In this document: positions 6,301-17,300 of the stretch, piece after piece | Layout: every line of letters begins with the position of its first letter | Position numbering within the stretch: position 1 is the stretch's first letter | Assembly (NCBI GenBank): GCA_963924565.1 | Contig: OZ004607.1 | Span: forward strand, 11,036,001 to 11,100,000 | Reading direction: 5' to 3' | Origin: Ascidiella aspersa | Taxonomy: Eukaryota | Length of the DNA stretch: 64,000 bases | Made by a program: the position numbers and the translations under genes | Notes under the pieces: model-generated | What the model saw: only the letters and a program-made list of their open reading frames with translations | What the model was told of the DNA's origin: nothing | Database searches by the model: none

Positions 6301-8567
6301 TTTCGGCAACCTATTCAAGCCGCCTTCGCCAGGGTGAATGACACTAAACACTTGTACAATAAACGGAAAACACAAGAAGGATAAAAAGCAGAAAAGAACG
6401 CGAGCAACGAAACGATAAGAAAACAATTAGTGATAACGTTTAGTCCTTCAGCAGGTGCTTATAGCATGCCGAGAACATCACGTCTGGTTTGACGTTCATG
6501 GTGTTACCCTTCTTATGGATGTTCCACGAAGGCGGCTTGAATAGGTTGCCGAAACGGTGGTCAAGAATTAAAATTACCAGAGGAGCTGTTTTTTGATTTG
6601 TTGTAGGCATGTCAAAGTGAAACGGAATTAGTCCAAGCTAAAACGTTTTCCATGTGCCAAGTCGAACCCACAGTAGTCTATGGCCTCTGATATTTATGTG
6701 AAGCAAAGTTATCCGAGTTGTGTGCTATTGTAGTCAAGTTTATTTTCTGTTCGAATCGAATTTAAACCTTAAAGATTCATGGACCACTTATTGTAATTCA
6801 AATTGCGTCGGTACACTGAAGTTGGTTGGTTCAAGGAGACTGTTCTAAAGTTCTAAATAAAATACAAAGTCGTTGTATGGTGGCCAGCGTGACTTCTGGA
6901 GTCAATAGTAATCTTCAGTAAATACACAATCATGAACAAGTGTTTCGCCAAAATACTAGATTCCTACTTTATACGGTGTCGGCAAAATTTGTAGCGCACA
7001 TGCATTTCTATATACAGATAACTCAGGTCTCAGTCAAGGTTTAGGAGTCCACAGTTAAAGAAAAATTGTTGCTCATGTTTAGAACAACCAATATAGCATC
7101 GGTTGAGCAAGACCCGGTTTTTCAGCAATTGTCATCGTCAGAACAGGAAGAGGTCCGTGAGTACGTTTCTAGACTCAACAATGGAGAAATAAGCTTTGTT
7201 CAATTGACAGAGTAAGTTCTACTTTAAAGCGCATGTTCGACCGACCAACTGGGGACTTGTCATTTGTTTTTGCTTTTAATTGCTTTTTTATGCCAAAGGT
7301 TCTTATTCACGGAAGCACTATATATTTATTTCGCGGAACACTATAAAGGAATTTATTTTAAAAGTAGTTTTAATATTCCAGCACACTAAAATAACATTTA
7401 AAAGTTCATATAATTTTTTTTTTATATTACGGAAAACATGACGTTTTAGTGAACGGAATATATAGTTTTTTATTGGGTTAATTTGGAAAAAAAGTTTCAT
7501 TACTTTTTAGTTAAATTTGATATCTGGTAATTAAGTAATATAACTTTCAGTTTAATTTTTATAGCTTTGCATTGCAGTCCGTTTTAATAAACCTTTTCTA
7601 AAAATTTTGCTGTTCATAAATAAATAAAATTTGGGTGTTTAGCCATGTTGTTAAGTCTATAGATTAATTTTATAATTAATGTTTAATAATCCGTTAATAT
7701 AGCTTTCAGTTGAGTGTCTATAGCAGTGCTTCTTAAACATTTTTAGGTCTGTTCACCCCTAGCATCTATCTCCAGATTTCATTCACCCTTGTCTCATGAT
7801 ATGATAAAACTATCTCGTTCTATATAACAGCACAAAATGACTTCTACCCAATCTAAGTTTTATCAACTCAAGCTAAGTTTTACCATTGCAAATCTACAAT
7901 TTCTCGAGTCCAGAAATATAAAGCTACAAAAAAAAGCACAAAACACAGTCACCAAATCTTTGTACTTATACACCCAGTGCAAAACAACTTCACCATTACA
8001 ATAAGCAAAAAAATACCAAAAAACAATAGTTTTGTAGTCGATTTTCTGCAGAGCTATCATCCATTTCTGACGGTTCACCCTTATTCACCCCTTTTGGTTG
8101 GTTCACTCCTGCAAAAATTGTATTCACCCTGGGTTGAACCATTCACCTGTTTAAAAAACGCTGGTCTATAGTATTGCATTGCGGTCCGTTTTAATTAACC
8201 TGTTCTAAAATTCTTCTGTTCATAAATAAATCAAACTCGGGTGTTTAGTCATGTTGTCAAGTCAAGTGAACGGGGTCTGGCAAAGTTGGACATCCACTGG
8301 CGCCCACAAACAACACTCTGCAATCCTTGCGCCATCAACTACGACTACGTTATCGACTTTGATCACCTGACTCGGGATTCGAACCGCCTACTCGACTACT
8401 TGCAGGGCGACAAGCCAAACGAGTGGCGGCTCAGTCTAAAAGAAAAGAACGCAACCATAAAACAAACTGCCGTGGACAGCGCCTTTGCTTCGATCAGCGA
8501 CCAAACTATACGAAAACTAAGGGAAGTTTACCAGAAAGATTTTTGCGTTTTGGGATACGATTGGTAG
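311..8567 (+). CDS. Carbohydrate sulfotransferase (CHST8-14/HNK-1ST-like, Sulfotransfer_2 family), type II Golgi membrane protein, 6 exons
   Basis: Exons 311-569, 1168-1331, 4943-5061, 5994-6200, 7083-7211, 8249-8567 join in frame with GT-AG junctions. N-terminal TM anchor LYLILLLAVALVFSHTFYL; 5'-PSB motif CEIPK|AACTSWK split by intron 2; 3'-PB motif RHPLERLVSAH; family motif DIHWRPQTTLCNPCAINYDY; C-terminal YQKDFCVLGY. Confidence 0.9.
1705..2814 (-). CDS. Rep/NS1-like protein: HUH rolling-circle endonuclease + SF3 helicase, C-terminus probably damaged
   Basis: Motif I-like RKWAYTT (aa 16-22), motif II YQGPLEKGNSNCPHRHG, motif III WVSYMYKG (Y101), Walker A HGESGKGKT (aa 255-263), Walker B KVDDA (aa 298-302). 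No clear motif C. ATG context caaaATGa. Confidence 0.88.
   Translation of the reverse strand: MNTTGAEEMSDKYRGRKWAYTTTVGKSGITQTARYTIYQGPLEKGNSNCPHRHGLFITKSQVEGRQAAAWRKKTVVEELKKLGITLTYIAAIKDQAAWVSYMYKGALETDVPAEAKAMMQREDYPKRGQWQEIAEEVAKGFDTKPSMNAYKEKLFQANFSFPEQLAKRAYNQMEFGKKQNKLKKALKKMAAQQVPKWTVAEAKQAVYDVINEAKNVQFDDLNLTTDELLLVLIQAGLEARSETGGIQYSPHIMLHGESGKGKTLLGKFFFPTDYASIMTNDSQGVGQMALRFRHKVLKVDDAEASFFNNDALLAAIKFMHHNAWSSKTHGDRQDNEATCSSTTSIPGPLYRDCRSTNYTTQLDHSCFKV
2213..2926 (-). CDS. NS2-like accessory protein overlapping the 5' half of Rep in another frame
   Basis: 237-codon open frame overlapping the Rep N-terminal half, the arrangement seen for densovirus NS2. GTG start as annotated; the promoter-proximal ATG at 2952 is one base out of frame. 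No recognisable motif. Confidence 0.55.
   Translation of the reverse strand: MIRNIAANCRKPNPLDTAFQKTIRINRLVEDLLITYQNEYDRRRGDVRQVQRQKMGLYHDRWQKWDYTDGTLYNLSGASGEREQQLPPPTWAIHHQESGGGPASSSMAQEDGGRRAEETRNHPDIHSSNQRPSCMGQLYVQGCTRNRCTSRSKSDDAKRRLPKKGAVARDRRRSSQRVRHKTLHERLQGKAVPGELLVPRTIGKKSLQPNGIWEEAKQAQESTKENGSSTGSQMDCS
2950..3049 (-). promoter_or_regulatory. Putative viral Rep/NS promoter
   Basis: 44-bp block 3006-3049 shared with the VP promoter, CRE TGACGTCA 2997-3004, TATATATA 2980-2987, Inr-like TCATT 2953-2957 directly followed by ATG. AATAAA at 2959-2964 (- strand) could be the VP polyA signal. Confidence 0.65.
3255..4457 (-). CDS. Parvovirus-like VP1 capsid protein with N-terminal phospholipase A2 domain; frame continues past one stop to 3048
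   Basis: vPLA2 Ca-loop TIPGHPHCGPFN, catalytic helix LDAACKRHDQEY and downstream YYKFNNADSDL; basic NLS-like PPAKKAKK and PPTKRAR; Gly-rich AAGGSGAAGRGG before the capsid core. Confidence 0.9.
   Translation of the reverse strand: MNWKSSKKLATGGITIPGHPHCGPFNDIGQETTGPLDAACKRHDQEYEKLGQEAYYKFNNADSDLLRASSDIGGFSGNLVRGIFEAKRKILPHMPPAKKAKKNWHQIQQYNSTRSTTTTAATPANVPGDSPVESPMNEAMKGLSINSQSDYSEGEPPTKRARLSETAAGGSGAAGRGGPTLPIPRMHPIKQTTHVEAQTKEMWWFYQKAVTDPRGTFKTWRTWVDGNTTESLLLPSAGSLMIVHSAVISRQMNALVDKGNNIGRRWRIYACNGMTTATNLAGVKALAPKYTMMKYSNWKLHLWPAAAMNRHDDNARNMPIIMMDVATQRHGFHYEQKFDNGFQDNSGQFPEFLLEEYSNCTRYQLEETMTTLPLEFLQSDTHTICSDATHSTNTTVTHYY
4061..4348 (-). CDS. Putative small membrane protein overprinted (+1 frame) on the VP1-unique PLA2 region
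   Basis: ATG-initiated 95-aa ORF with one hydrophobic helix AIYCELALILVALAGISYVGYL followed by basic KLRER; position matches X/ARF1/MAAP-type overlapping ORFs of parvoviruses. Confidence 0.5.
   Translation of the reverse strand: MQRVNDTIKNTKSLVKKHTTNLITRTAIYCELALILVALAGISYVGYLKLRERYYLICPLQRRQRRTGIRFNSTIVQEAQQQPQQPPPTYQETAL
4455..4548 (-). promoter_or_regulatory. Putative viral VP promoter
   Basis: 44-bp block 4505-4548 (39/44 identical to 3006-3049), ATATAAT about 30 nt upstream of Inr-like TCATT (4458-4462), which abuts the VP ATG. Confidence 0.65.
4636..4779. repeat. Y-shaped terminal hairpin (parvovirus-type telomere/origin)
   Basis: 32-bp stem 4636-4667/4748-4779 (one G-T), GAA/GA bubble, perfect 16-bp stem 4671-4686/4730-4745, internal loop, GTG/CAC neck, two ears GCGC-GAA-GCGC (4700-4710) and GCCC-GAA-GGGC (4711-4721). 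Confidence 0.92.
6257..6601 (-). mobile_element. Penelope-like retroelement remnant with inverted terminal repeats
   Basis: ~72-bp inverted arms 6257-6328/6527-6601. Enclosed - strand ORF tail WNIHKKGNTMNVKPDVMFSACYKHLLKD* (6440-6526) resembles the PLE GIY-YIG C-terminus. Arms contain a hammerhead-like core CTGGCGAAGGC...GCCGAAACGTTGGTC. Confidence 0.7.
7724..8163. mobile_element. hAT-type MITE
   Basis: 8-bp TSD GTCTATAG on both sides; imperfect TIR CAGTGCTTCTTAAAC / GTTTAAAAAACGCTG. Confidence 0.85.
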
Positions 8568-11389
8568 GTTCTCGGTACAGATATGCCACATTACGTTTAT
8601 CGGTGCCATTGCATTTTTATTTGACGAGAAAGTAATCAAACGTATCACGTGTGTTATAAAATCTCTCACTTTTTTATCGTTGGCAAAATAATACGTATGT
8701 ATTGCCAAATATATTAAACCGTTTTGTTTCGTTCCACATAGACACATTGATTATCGGATGTCATGATGAGTGATGACATATTCAACAAAGCTGTACGGCA
8801 ACATCACATTTTTTTCAAATTTGTACAGTGTTAAGAATTCGCATTTTCGTCAAACTGCGATCTTTACTGCTACTGGGCGTATGAATTGTTTTGCTAGTTA
8901 CTTTAATATAGGCCTACAGACACGCAAGTAAAGCTTTTCTTTCTTCATAATAAATCTTTAATGTCATTTAAATCAATTTTTTTTACAAATTAAAAGTGTT
9001 GTTGTGATAACTATATTCACCGAAACATATTTTAAACTATTCCCGCTTGACGTATCTTATCGAAAAAAAACGCTGATGGTCTACCATAACGTTACAGCAC
9101 TTTAAGAATAGAATTGGAGCAACCCGTTTGCTTAAGTTCACAACTGCTGAAAGTAATAGGTCAGTTGACATAACGTTTTTAAATTTGTTTTCCTGCTTTC
9201 GGCGGCCGTGCCGCAAGATTTGTAGAGCAGCACAGCTTCTTGCATCTCTACCAGTACATGTTTGTATCACGAGAAGAAACTGTTGTGTAGAAGGCAGTGT
9301 ATCAAATACTTTTAAGTTGTCATTTTGCTTGACGTGTTTAAAAATGGTTAAAAAGGCTTTTGGCTGCCCGCTGTATAAGTAAAATGACTCTTTTACCAGG
9401 TTAGTTAGCGTAATATATTACGCTCGCTATAGATAAAAACGTTTTTGTTAATTGCTTATATGTGCCAAAATTGACATAGGTTTAGTCAGGGGTTATTGTT
9501 TATGGTGTTCTATAGTCGATTCATAATACAACTCTTCTATACAATTTTTTGGGTCTCATAAACTTTGGGTGCTATGTTTTCCTTTTAAGTGCTATAGAAA
9601 TTCTCTTGTGTAACGTTTGGTGTATCCTGAAAAATTATTCCGAATTTTTTTACAAATGTTAAATGCAAATATAAACTCATATATATATAATCTACACGCG
9701 CCATTTTCGAAGCATATATAAACTTCAATTCGGCACAACTCTGTTTAATACTTTACCACTCATTACATGATTTTCAGGGCAGGCAACAGTGAAGTGACAC
9801 GGGTAAACATAGCGGACAAATAAAGGCTTTTAACCATTAGAATGTAGAAAAGTTACCAGTCTTAAAACCATCAGTCAGTAAAACCAGTACATCACAAGGA
9901 CTGCTGAATATTGTTTAATCAACTATATTGCGTACAAGTAAAGATTTTGTAAGCAAATAACGAAAAACTAGTTTAAGTTAAGGCCTCACAAAAGACTGTT
10001 TAAAAGCATATTGTTAGATAATATTAAAAAAACTGTGCCCCTATATACGTAATTATAAAATGATTTTTGTTGTACTAGGTTTGCTATACCTTATGGGTTG
10101 TAACCTATATATATATAGATATATTGGAGATTTCGTTGCTAAGTTTAACCGGGACGTTACAAGGTGCAACCGTGAAGGTATATCAGGAAGTTATAAGAGG
10201 TGTGACGCCTGACCTTCAACCTGCATTACGCATCCCAGCAATACAGACAGTTCGTCGCCCATGGAAAGTTATCGCAATATAAGTACAACTTAAACTGTAC
10301 GACGCAGTTAGGTTTACATGTTCAACATGAGGTTGTTTGAACCGCAAGTACCGATTAAACTTTGTTTCCATGGTACTGGATTTCGTTTTTATCAACTATA
10401 GTTTTGTGTGCTATCATTCTATGCAAAATTGGTGCACACAAATGGGTAACAAACTAACGATGCGAGTTTGTAACACAGGACGTATCACATTTCGCGGCTG
10501 AGGATGTTAACCATTGCCTGTCGTGTGGATGCAGCGATAGAGAGGTATAAGGAAACCTGGGCTCGTACTTATTAATGTTTAATCTTTTCCGTATCATCGC
10601 GTGTTCACTCAACGGAGGCCGAGCGGCGGCTTTAATTCGCTGAGACAAGAAGTGCTATCTGAGTTTGTATTTATCTGAATGATTACCCGATGGTATATTT
10701 ACTCTATCGTTTAAAGCCAAAATATAAAAATAAAACTGTAGAAGTTACCTGATTGGTGTGAAGTTGACGACGGAATACTACCCTAAGTTCTCAAACGTAA
10801 TGCTTGCTGTTCTTCAAAAAAATTACTAAAATGTTTTAACAATGATTTTTAATAACTGGCTTTGGTGCTGGTGCTGAAAAACTTGCTTTGGCGAACATTG
10901 ACTGAGGTGTATCGGCAATGTTTAATATTTTCAGAGTGACTGTTTATTTGCGACATTACCCCGATGTTAACTCGGTAGACAGTGCTGTACGACATTAAGT
11001 ATAGACAGTACGTTGAGGGCACGTATCGCAAACGTAGGAAGTCAATAGTGGATGCCGTACAGCCCGCAATTAGAAATTAAAAGGGATATACACTATCAGT
11101 AACAGTATTGTTGCAACCCGATGTAAACAGTGCAGAAGAAACCGTCACTTAGTAACTTGTGCAATTTTGTTTAATACCGTGCTTGCTCTACAGGCTGTAT
11201 TTGGTTAGGTTCTCTCGCGATACAAAATTTAAGCACCAGATAGTTTGTTTCTAACGAAACCTTCACTCAGTAACTTGTGAGATTTTGTTTTTGATAACCG
11301 TGTTTGCTTTACATGCTGTATTTAGTTTAGGTGCTCAAGCTGCAGGTGTCTGGATTGTTGTGCTTTAGAGTTGTGGAGGTAAATTACAA

Positions 11390-14300
11390 ATGCCAAGTGA
11401 AATGATTCAGGATGTGATTTTGCTGTTTTGTATCGCCGCTTTATGCATTGCACAGACGCACAGCCTCGATCAAGGTTGGTCACTTTTTGTTTGTTAGGGA
11501 TTGGAAATGCAATTGACTGTGTATAACGTTGCCCATATGAAAAATAGCGATAGGACTATGACTTCAAACACAAGGCAGTACCCAAAATGTGAATCGGTAT
11601 CAGCAAAACAACGTATTTACAAACGTGGGAAAATTGTTTGTTCAGTAAATAGGTATGTGTGGTGATCTGGTTATTTGCCAAAGGTTGGTCTATTTAAGGT
11701 ACCTTTTTTCTCTTGAAACAAAAATAACAAACTTTAAACTGCCTTTAAGATATTAGGTGTTAAAACATATAGTATTTGTATCTTGTACTGCAATTAACAT
11801 GTAAATATACGCGGAGGCGGTCCACGGGCAACTTACACGATATACAGGCGATATTTGTTTAGCGCGAATCGATCTTTGAATGTAGCTTTTCAATAAAGAA
11901 CCTTTTTCATCCTGGCCACTCACAATCATGAAAACACCATGAACGTTAAGCAAGACACATTTCTTGCACCTTCTTATCAATTTTTGTGCAGTAACGGTCA
12001 TTAGAAGTCTGCAACCGGTTATCGCGTTCTCACGTTATTCGCGCCTTGTTACCTTTTTTCGCCTCGTTTTGCCGCCTTGATTTTACCTTTCTGCAAGGTT
12101 ACAAGTTGATTTGCCCTGAAGGAGATTGCCTGAATAGGTAATTAAACGTCTGCACAGAATAAATATTTGTCAGAAGAACCCTATTTTAATTTTCATTAAA
12201 AGTATAAAAAAATTCGAACTTAAACTTATTCTTAAGATTACTCTTTCCATATAAGTTGCGGATTGACACCATACTTGTGAGTCCAGTTGTACGACAGAAA
12301 CAAACAAAACTTTTAGTGTTGGGTGACTTTGAACTACCTTAGTATGCAATAACCTTATTGGCAAGTGCTGTTTGTCCTTTGTCAAGAAAGGTTTGATTTT
12401 CAGATATTGTTGCCGAGACGAAGCATGGCAAAGTTCGCGGCACGACACGAAGGGCTCTTACATCGGACCGCCCCGTGTACTCCTACTTCGGGGTTCCTTA
12501 CGCAAGGACGCCCGATTATAACTTTAGGTTTGTACCGCCGGTCGACCCCTGGTCCTGGGATGACGTCAAGCCGGCCGACGACGAAAACACGCCTTTCTGC
12601 CACCAGGTAGAAAGTCAAATCTGCATTGAGCCGTGTTTGCAAGGGTAAATGCTAAAACAAAAGCTGAATGACATGCTGGTGTTGTATTGCAGCAGTCAGC
12701 CGAAAATAATTTTTTTGGGAGGGGGGCAAAAAGTTTGAACTTTTTTGTTTAGATTTTGTCAATGCATTAACTTCCGTATCGAACACAATAACAATGCTAC
12801 CAAACCGTTTCGAGCAGCACGGAGTGCATTGCTAACGCAACACTAAAAAAACATTCAAAGAGCATGGCCCTGTGCCCCCTGGCTACGCCAATGGTGTATT
12901 GTCCGCTTTATAACTACGTTGAGTCTACTTTTTTTTTCTTTTTTTTTCTCTTTTTTCGATAACTTTTCTTCACGTAAAGCTATACATAAATAATCTTCGC
13001 AAATCTTTGTTTTAGTAATGTTATTATCAATAACTATGTTTGTGTGTTTTGCCGCAGGATTCAGGTATACTCTGGAGAATGCTGGCCGACACTTGGCTGC
13101 GCTTTGTTACCAGTCCTGACCATCCATTGAGCGAAAACTGCCTTACAGTGAACGTGTTTTCGCCGCGACATCCGAAGGCTTCAAAGTCCGATAAAGGGTT
13201 GCCGGTATAGCATTCTGTTGTACGCTGTTAGACTTTTGATATAGGCTCTGGTATACAGTTAACTTTGCAGGTGTTTAACTATACCAAATAAGTTAAAAGC
13301 GACATTGTTCTGTGTAGCCATATTATTTTATACATTGGGCTAACTTGCAAAGGTTATACCCACTGTGTATCTACAGCCCATTTTTCGTATATTTCCTATC
13401 TTCTTCAGTTTCATTTGGTAGGAAGAATTATCGCTTTAAACTCGATGTCTAGAAAAGGGCGACAGATTGTTTTCTGCTGTTTAGAAAACATTCTGAGTCC
13501 CAAAATAACAGTCCAAAGTTGGAAGTTATCTCCTTGCGGCCAATCAGATATAAGATTTGGTTAGCTTCTTTACTATATCTGCTTGTCGCAGTTATTATTC
13601 AAGTGCTGTAAAAATATTTCTACCATATTTAAAAAAATAACCTGCCACAATAATATACAATATAGCATCTTGGGCATAAGTTCAAACAGACACATAAAGG
13701 CTTTATCAGAATAATGTCATAATTCACAATACAGTGTTCAAACGTTCAAATACAATATAGTGTTTTTTTCCTTATGGAGGGCATGGCCGGATCCAATTAA
13801 TCTTAAATGAATCAACTCGTGATAACACGAACAAGTACAAACACACATACAAACACACAGACACGCACACGCACACGCCACATAAACGCCTATTTTTGAA
13901 AAATCTAGGTTTTGTTTGATTGACTGCTGTTCGATCCTATTGTAGCGTAGTTCGCTAGCCAAAGTTTCTAAAATTCCAACTATACCGAAAAGTTTCAAAC
14001 AAAGAAACTTGTCGATTTGAAGTGCTTGAACACATCCCCATTCCCCAGGTGATGGTTTGGATCCACGGCGGCTCGTTCCAGGCATCAGGCACCACCAACA
14101 AGTTATGGATGCTTCCCGCCTTCGAAGACGTGCTGCTGGTAACAGTCAACTACAGACTTGGGGTGTTTGGTTTCCTCAGTCTGGGTGACCCGCTGGCCCC
14201 TGGCAACGCTGGCCTCCACGACCAGGTCAAGGCCCTGGAATGGGTCAGGTAAGGGCGGAGAAACTGTTGTAAACAAGGCATTTTTGAATGGTTTAAGTCC

Positions 14301-17300
14301 CATTCAGGTCATTTGAAAAAAAACAACAAGTCCAGTTATTTTCAAAAATAACAAGTCAAGTCCCAGTCCAAGTCATCGGTTACCCAAGTCAAGTTCCAGT
14401 CAAGTCATTATGAGAGCAAGTCAATTTCAAGTCATGTCAGTAACATAAAAGTTAACTGTTAAGCTATTAAAATTGGTAACCTGATCCGATTATAAAAAAA
14501 CAATTTAACTAAAAAATAACTCAACCGCAATATACAGAACTAAGTGTTTAATATGCACAACTTGAAATAAATAGTAATGAAAATGCCTAATTAAATACCA
14601 AATCATTTAACAAAATGACTTAAGTTCAAGTCAACTCATTTTGAAACAGCGACATAATGGCACTTAAATCAAGTCAATAACTTAAGTAATTAAAACACTG
14701 ACCGGAGCAACTATTGCAGCTCAGCTGTGTTTTCAATATTACCTGTTCTCCTGCGAAGAAAATTGTGTGACCAAAAATGTGCAAACTTCTTTAAAAAATG
14801 TACGGACGTAGTAACCACAGTCAACCACTACGTAACTTCTCTCAATAGATTCCTTCCAAAAAGTGAGAACTCGTGTTGTTTTAGTTTAATTTGTTAATAA
14901 TATTTTTGAAACTGCTCTTGCTACAATTTCCGATCCTTTTCTTACTTTAAGCAAAGTGTATCCATTCAGAGTTATTTGACGAAGCTGAGTTGTTAAGGCG
15001 TTTAATGGTTTTGTCTAGCGACACGGATGAAATATTGTTTTACGCCCTCCCCCATGGATTGATAGCATCTCGATTTGTTTTTAACGCAAGCCGCAAAAAA
15101 AAATTAAAATGAAATGTTGAAAATATTTTTTTGGCTTTGATATTCTTACTACGTCTTAATACAACCTCCAGAAATTAAATTATATTGCAATTTTACTTTA
15201 GCACAGTCTTACAAGGGTTTTGAAACACAGGGACAACATCGCCTCTTTTGGGGGAAATCCTGACTCGGTCACACTTGTCGGGGCGTCGGCCGGGGGTTTC
15301 GCGGCAAGTGCGCATGCGCTGTCTCCCCTCAGCAAGGGGCTTTTCCACAGGGTGGTAGCAATGAGCGGGGTGGCAACTCTTCCGTTCTTATGGAGCACAA
15401 ACCAGGATGAGAAGACACGCAGGTATTACATTGGTATTTGGTGACCACATGTTTTAAATTGCCCTACAGGGTTGTTGTCGGTGGGCCTTAACGTGATGTT
15501 TGGCTTTTTATAAGCTCACATCTTTGTCATCAAAATTTAGAAAATCTTTGTTAACGACAAATAGCGATTTGTATGCTTTAAAACCACATTTTAAACTTGT
15601 TAGGTTTGTGCAGATTATGTCAGTTATCATGTCAATATAAACTATAAAGTGATAGTGAATGTCAAAAACCGTTCGAGTTAATCAACATCTTCTTGAAAAC
15701 GACCTTTAATGTGCACTTGTATCATCATCAGTTAGTGGGATACAAAGTGCAAGCGTGATATAGGTGCGCATCATAACGTCTTCATCAGGATTATGTGGAT
15801 TTACTCGAACTTTTGACTTTGACATTCATTATATCAAGCTAATTACAGATCCGTAAATGGTGTACCCAGCAGAAAATTGTATTCTGCAAACTGTTAAAAT
15901 TATTACAACCCGTTTGTTAACTTGTGGTTTGAACAGTATTAAAGTAGGATTTTCTGTATTATTAGGAAACCTTGTCATTTCTCTTATTTCTAGTCAGAGA
16001 AACCTGATTATCACAGAAAAGATATTTTGCAGGCAAAGCAAGGGTAAAATAATTGAAATTTGCTTTAAGCTATTTTTCTAGCCCCTGTTTTGCTCACATG
16101 AAGATTCTTGGAAGGCCTCTTAATTTTGTTGAGCCCTCAACTGGTTTATTGTTCATATGTGTGTTGATTTCTCGTGACTATAACTTTGAAAAGAAGACAC
16201 TTCACATGTATAACATGGGAGATAATTGGTATTCACAAAGCAACCTATAATATCCAAGGTTTCTTTAAACAATCTATATTGAAACAGGGTGGCAAATAAC
16301 ACAAACTGCCTGTTGTACAAGAAGAAATACACCGTAACGTGTCTTTGCAACAGAGTTACCTCAAGTGAGCTCATTGAAGCTGCGAAAAATGAGGTAAAGG
16401 CTTTGTACCTTGAAATATATTCGCTGTGGCTGATTGTTTTCCAACAAATTATAGCATGTTTTTAAAGTTTATGGCATCTTGTTTCCTAGTCTTGGGCCCT
16501 TGATATTTAATTAAGGGATTTAGAAGATTCTTTTATTAAACATAGAGCGAATAAAAATAATCAGACACACTAAGGGTCAAAGATCGACCTCTAGAAAGTA
16601 CTAATTTGCTATTTATCTTGCGATAATACATCCCAACCCTGAAAATTTCCCATATAATCGGAGATGGCAGTTAATTAGGAAAGATGGGTTAATTGCAATA
16701 TCTTAACATTCTTAACGAAGGAGCTCACACTTGAAGCAGCATTTTATCAAAAATGGTAAAACCCTAAAAGCGCCTGTGCCATAAACACTTATAACTAAAA
16801 CAGAAACCGATACTTGTAGATCATAGCCTTACATGAGGTGGCAACTAATATTGCCTTGCTTAACGATTGATTTTATGATAGAGATACTCGCCCGAGGTTG
16901 ACGGACATTTTTTCCTGGCCCCTGCCGACCAGCTGCTGGAGAAGGGGGCTTTCAACAAAGTCCCATTGATGGTGGGGAGCGTCACTGGGGAATTTGACTT
17001 CATGCTTTCAAGAAAGCTGGTTCCCAAATATCACCAAGGTACAGTGTTGTAAAGAAGTCATTTTGGAGGACTAAAGTCCCAGTCAAGTCATTTGAAAAAT
17101 ACCTTAAGACCTTATAACAAGTAAAGTCCCAGTTCAAGTCATAGGTTGCCCAAGTCAAGTCCCAGTCAAGTCCTTATTAGAGCAAGTCAATTTCAAGTCA
17201 TGTCATTGACATAAAAAAGTGTAAATTTTAAACTATTAAAATTGGGAACTCGTCCGATTATGAGCAACAATTCAACTAAAAAATAACACAAACGCAATAT

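Noticed and set aside
14300-14700. Spaced CAAGTC repeats resembling an array
   Set aside because: Irregular subterminal repeats of a MITE family seen complete at 34181-34691; eukaryotic context, not CRISPR.
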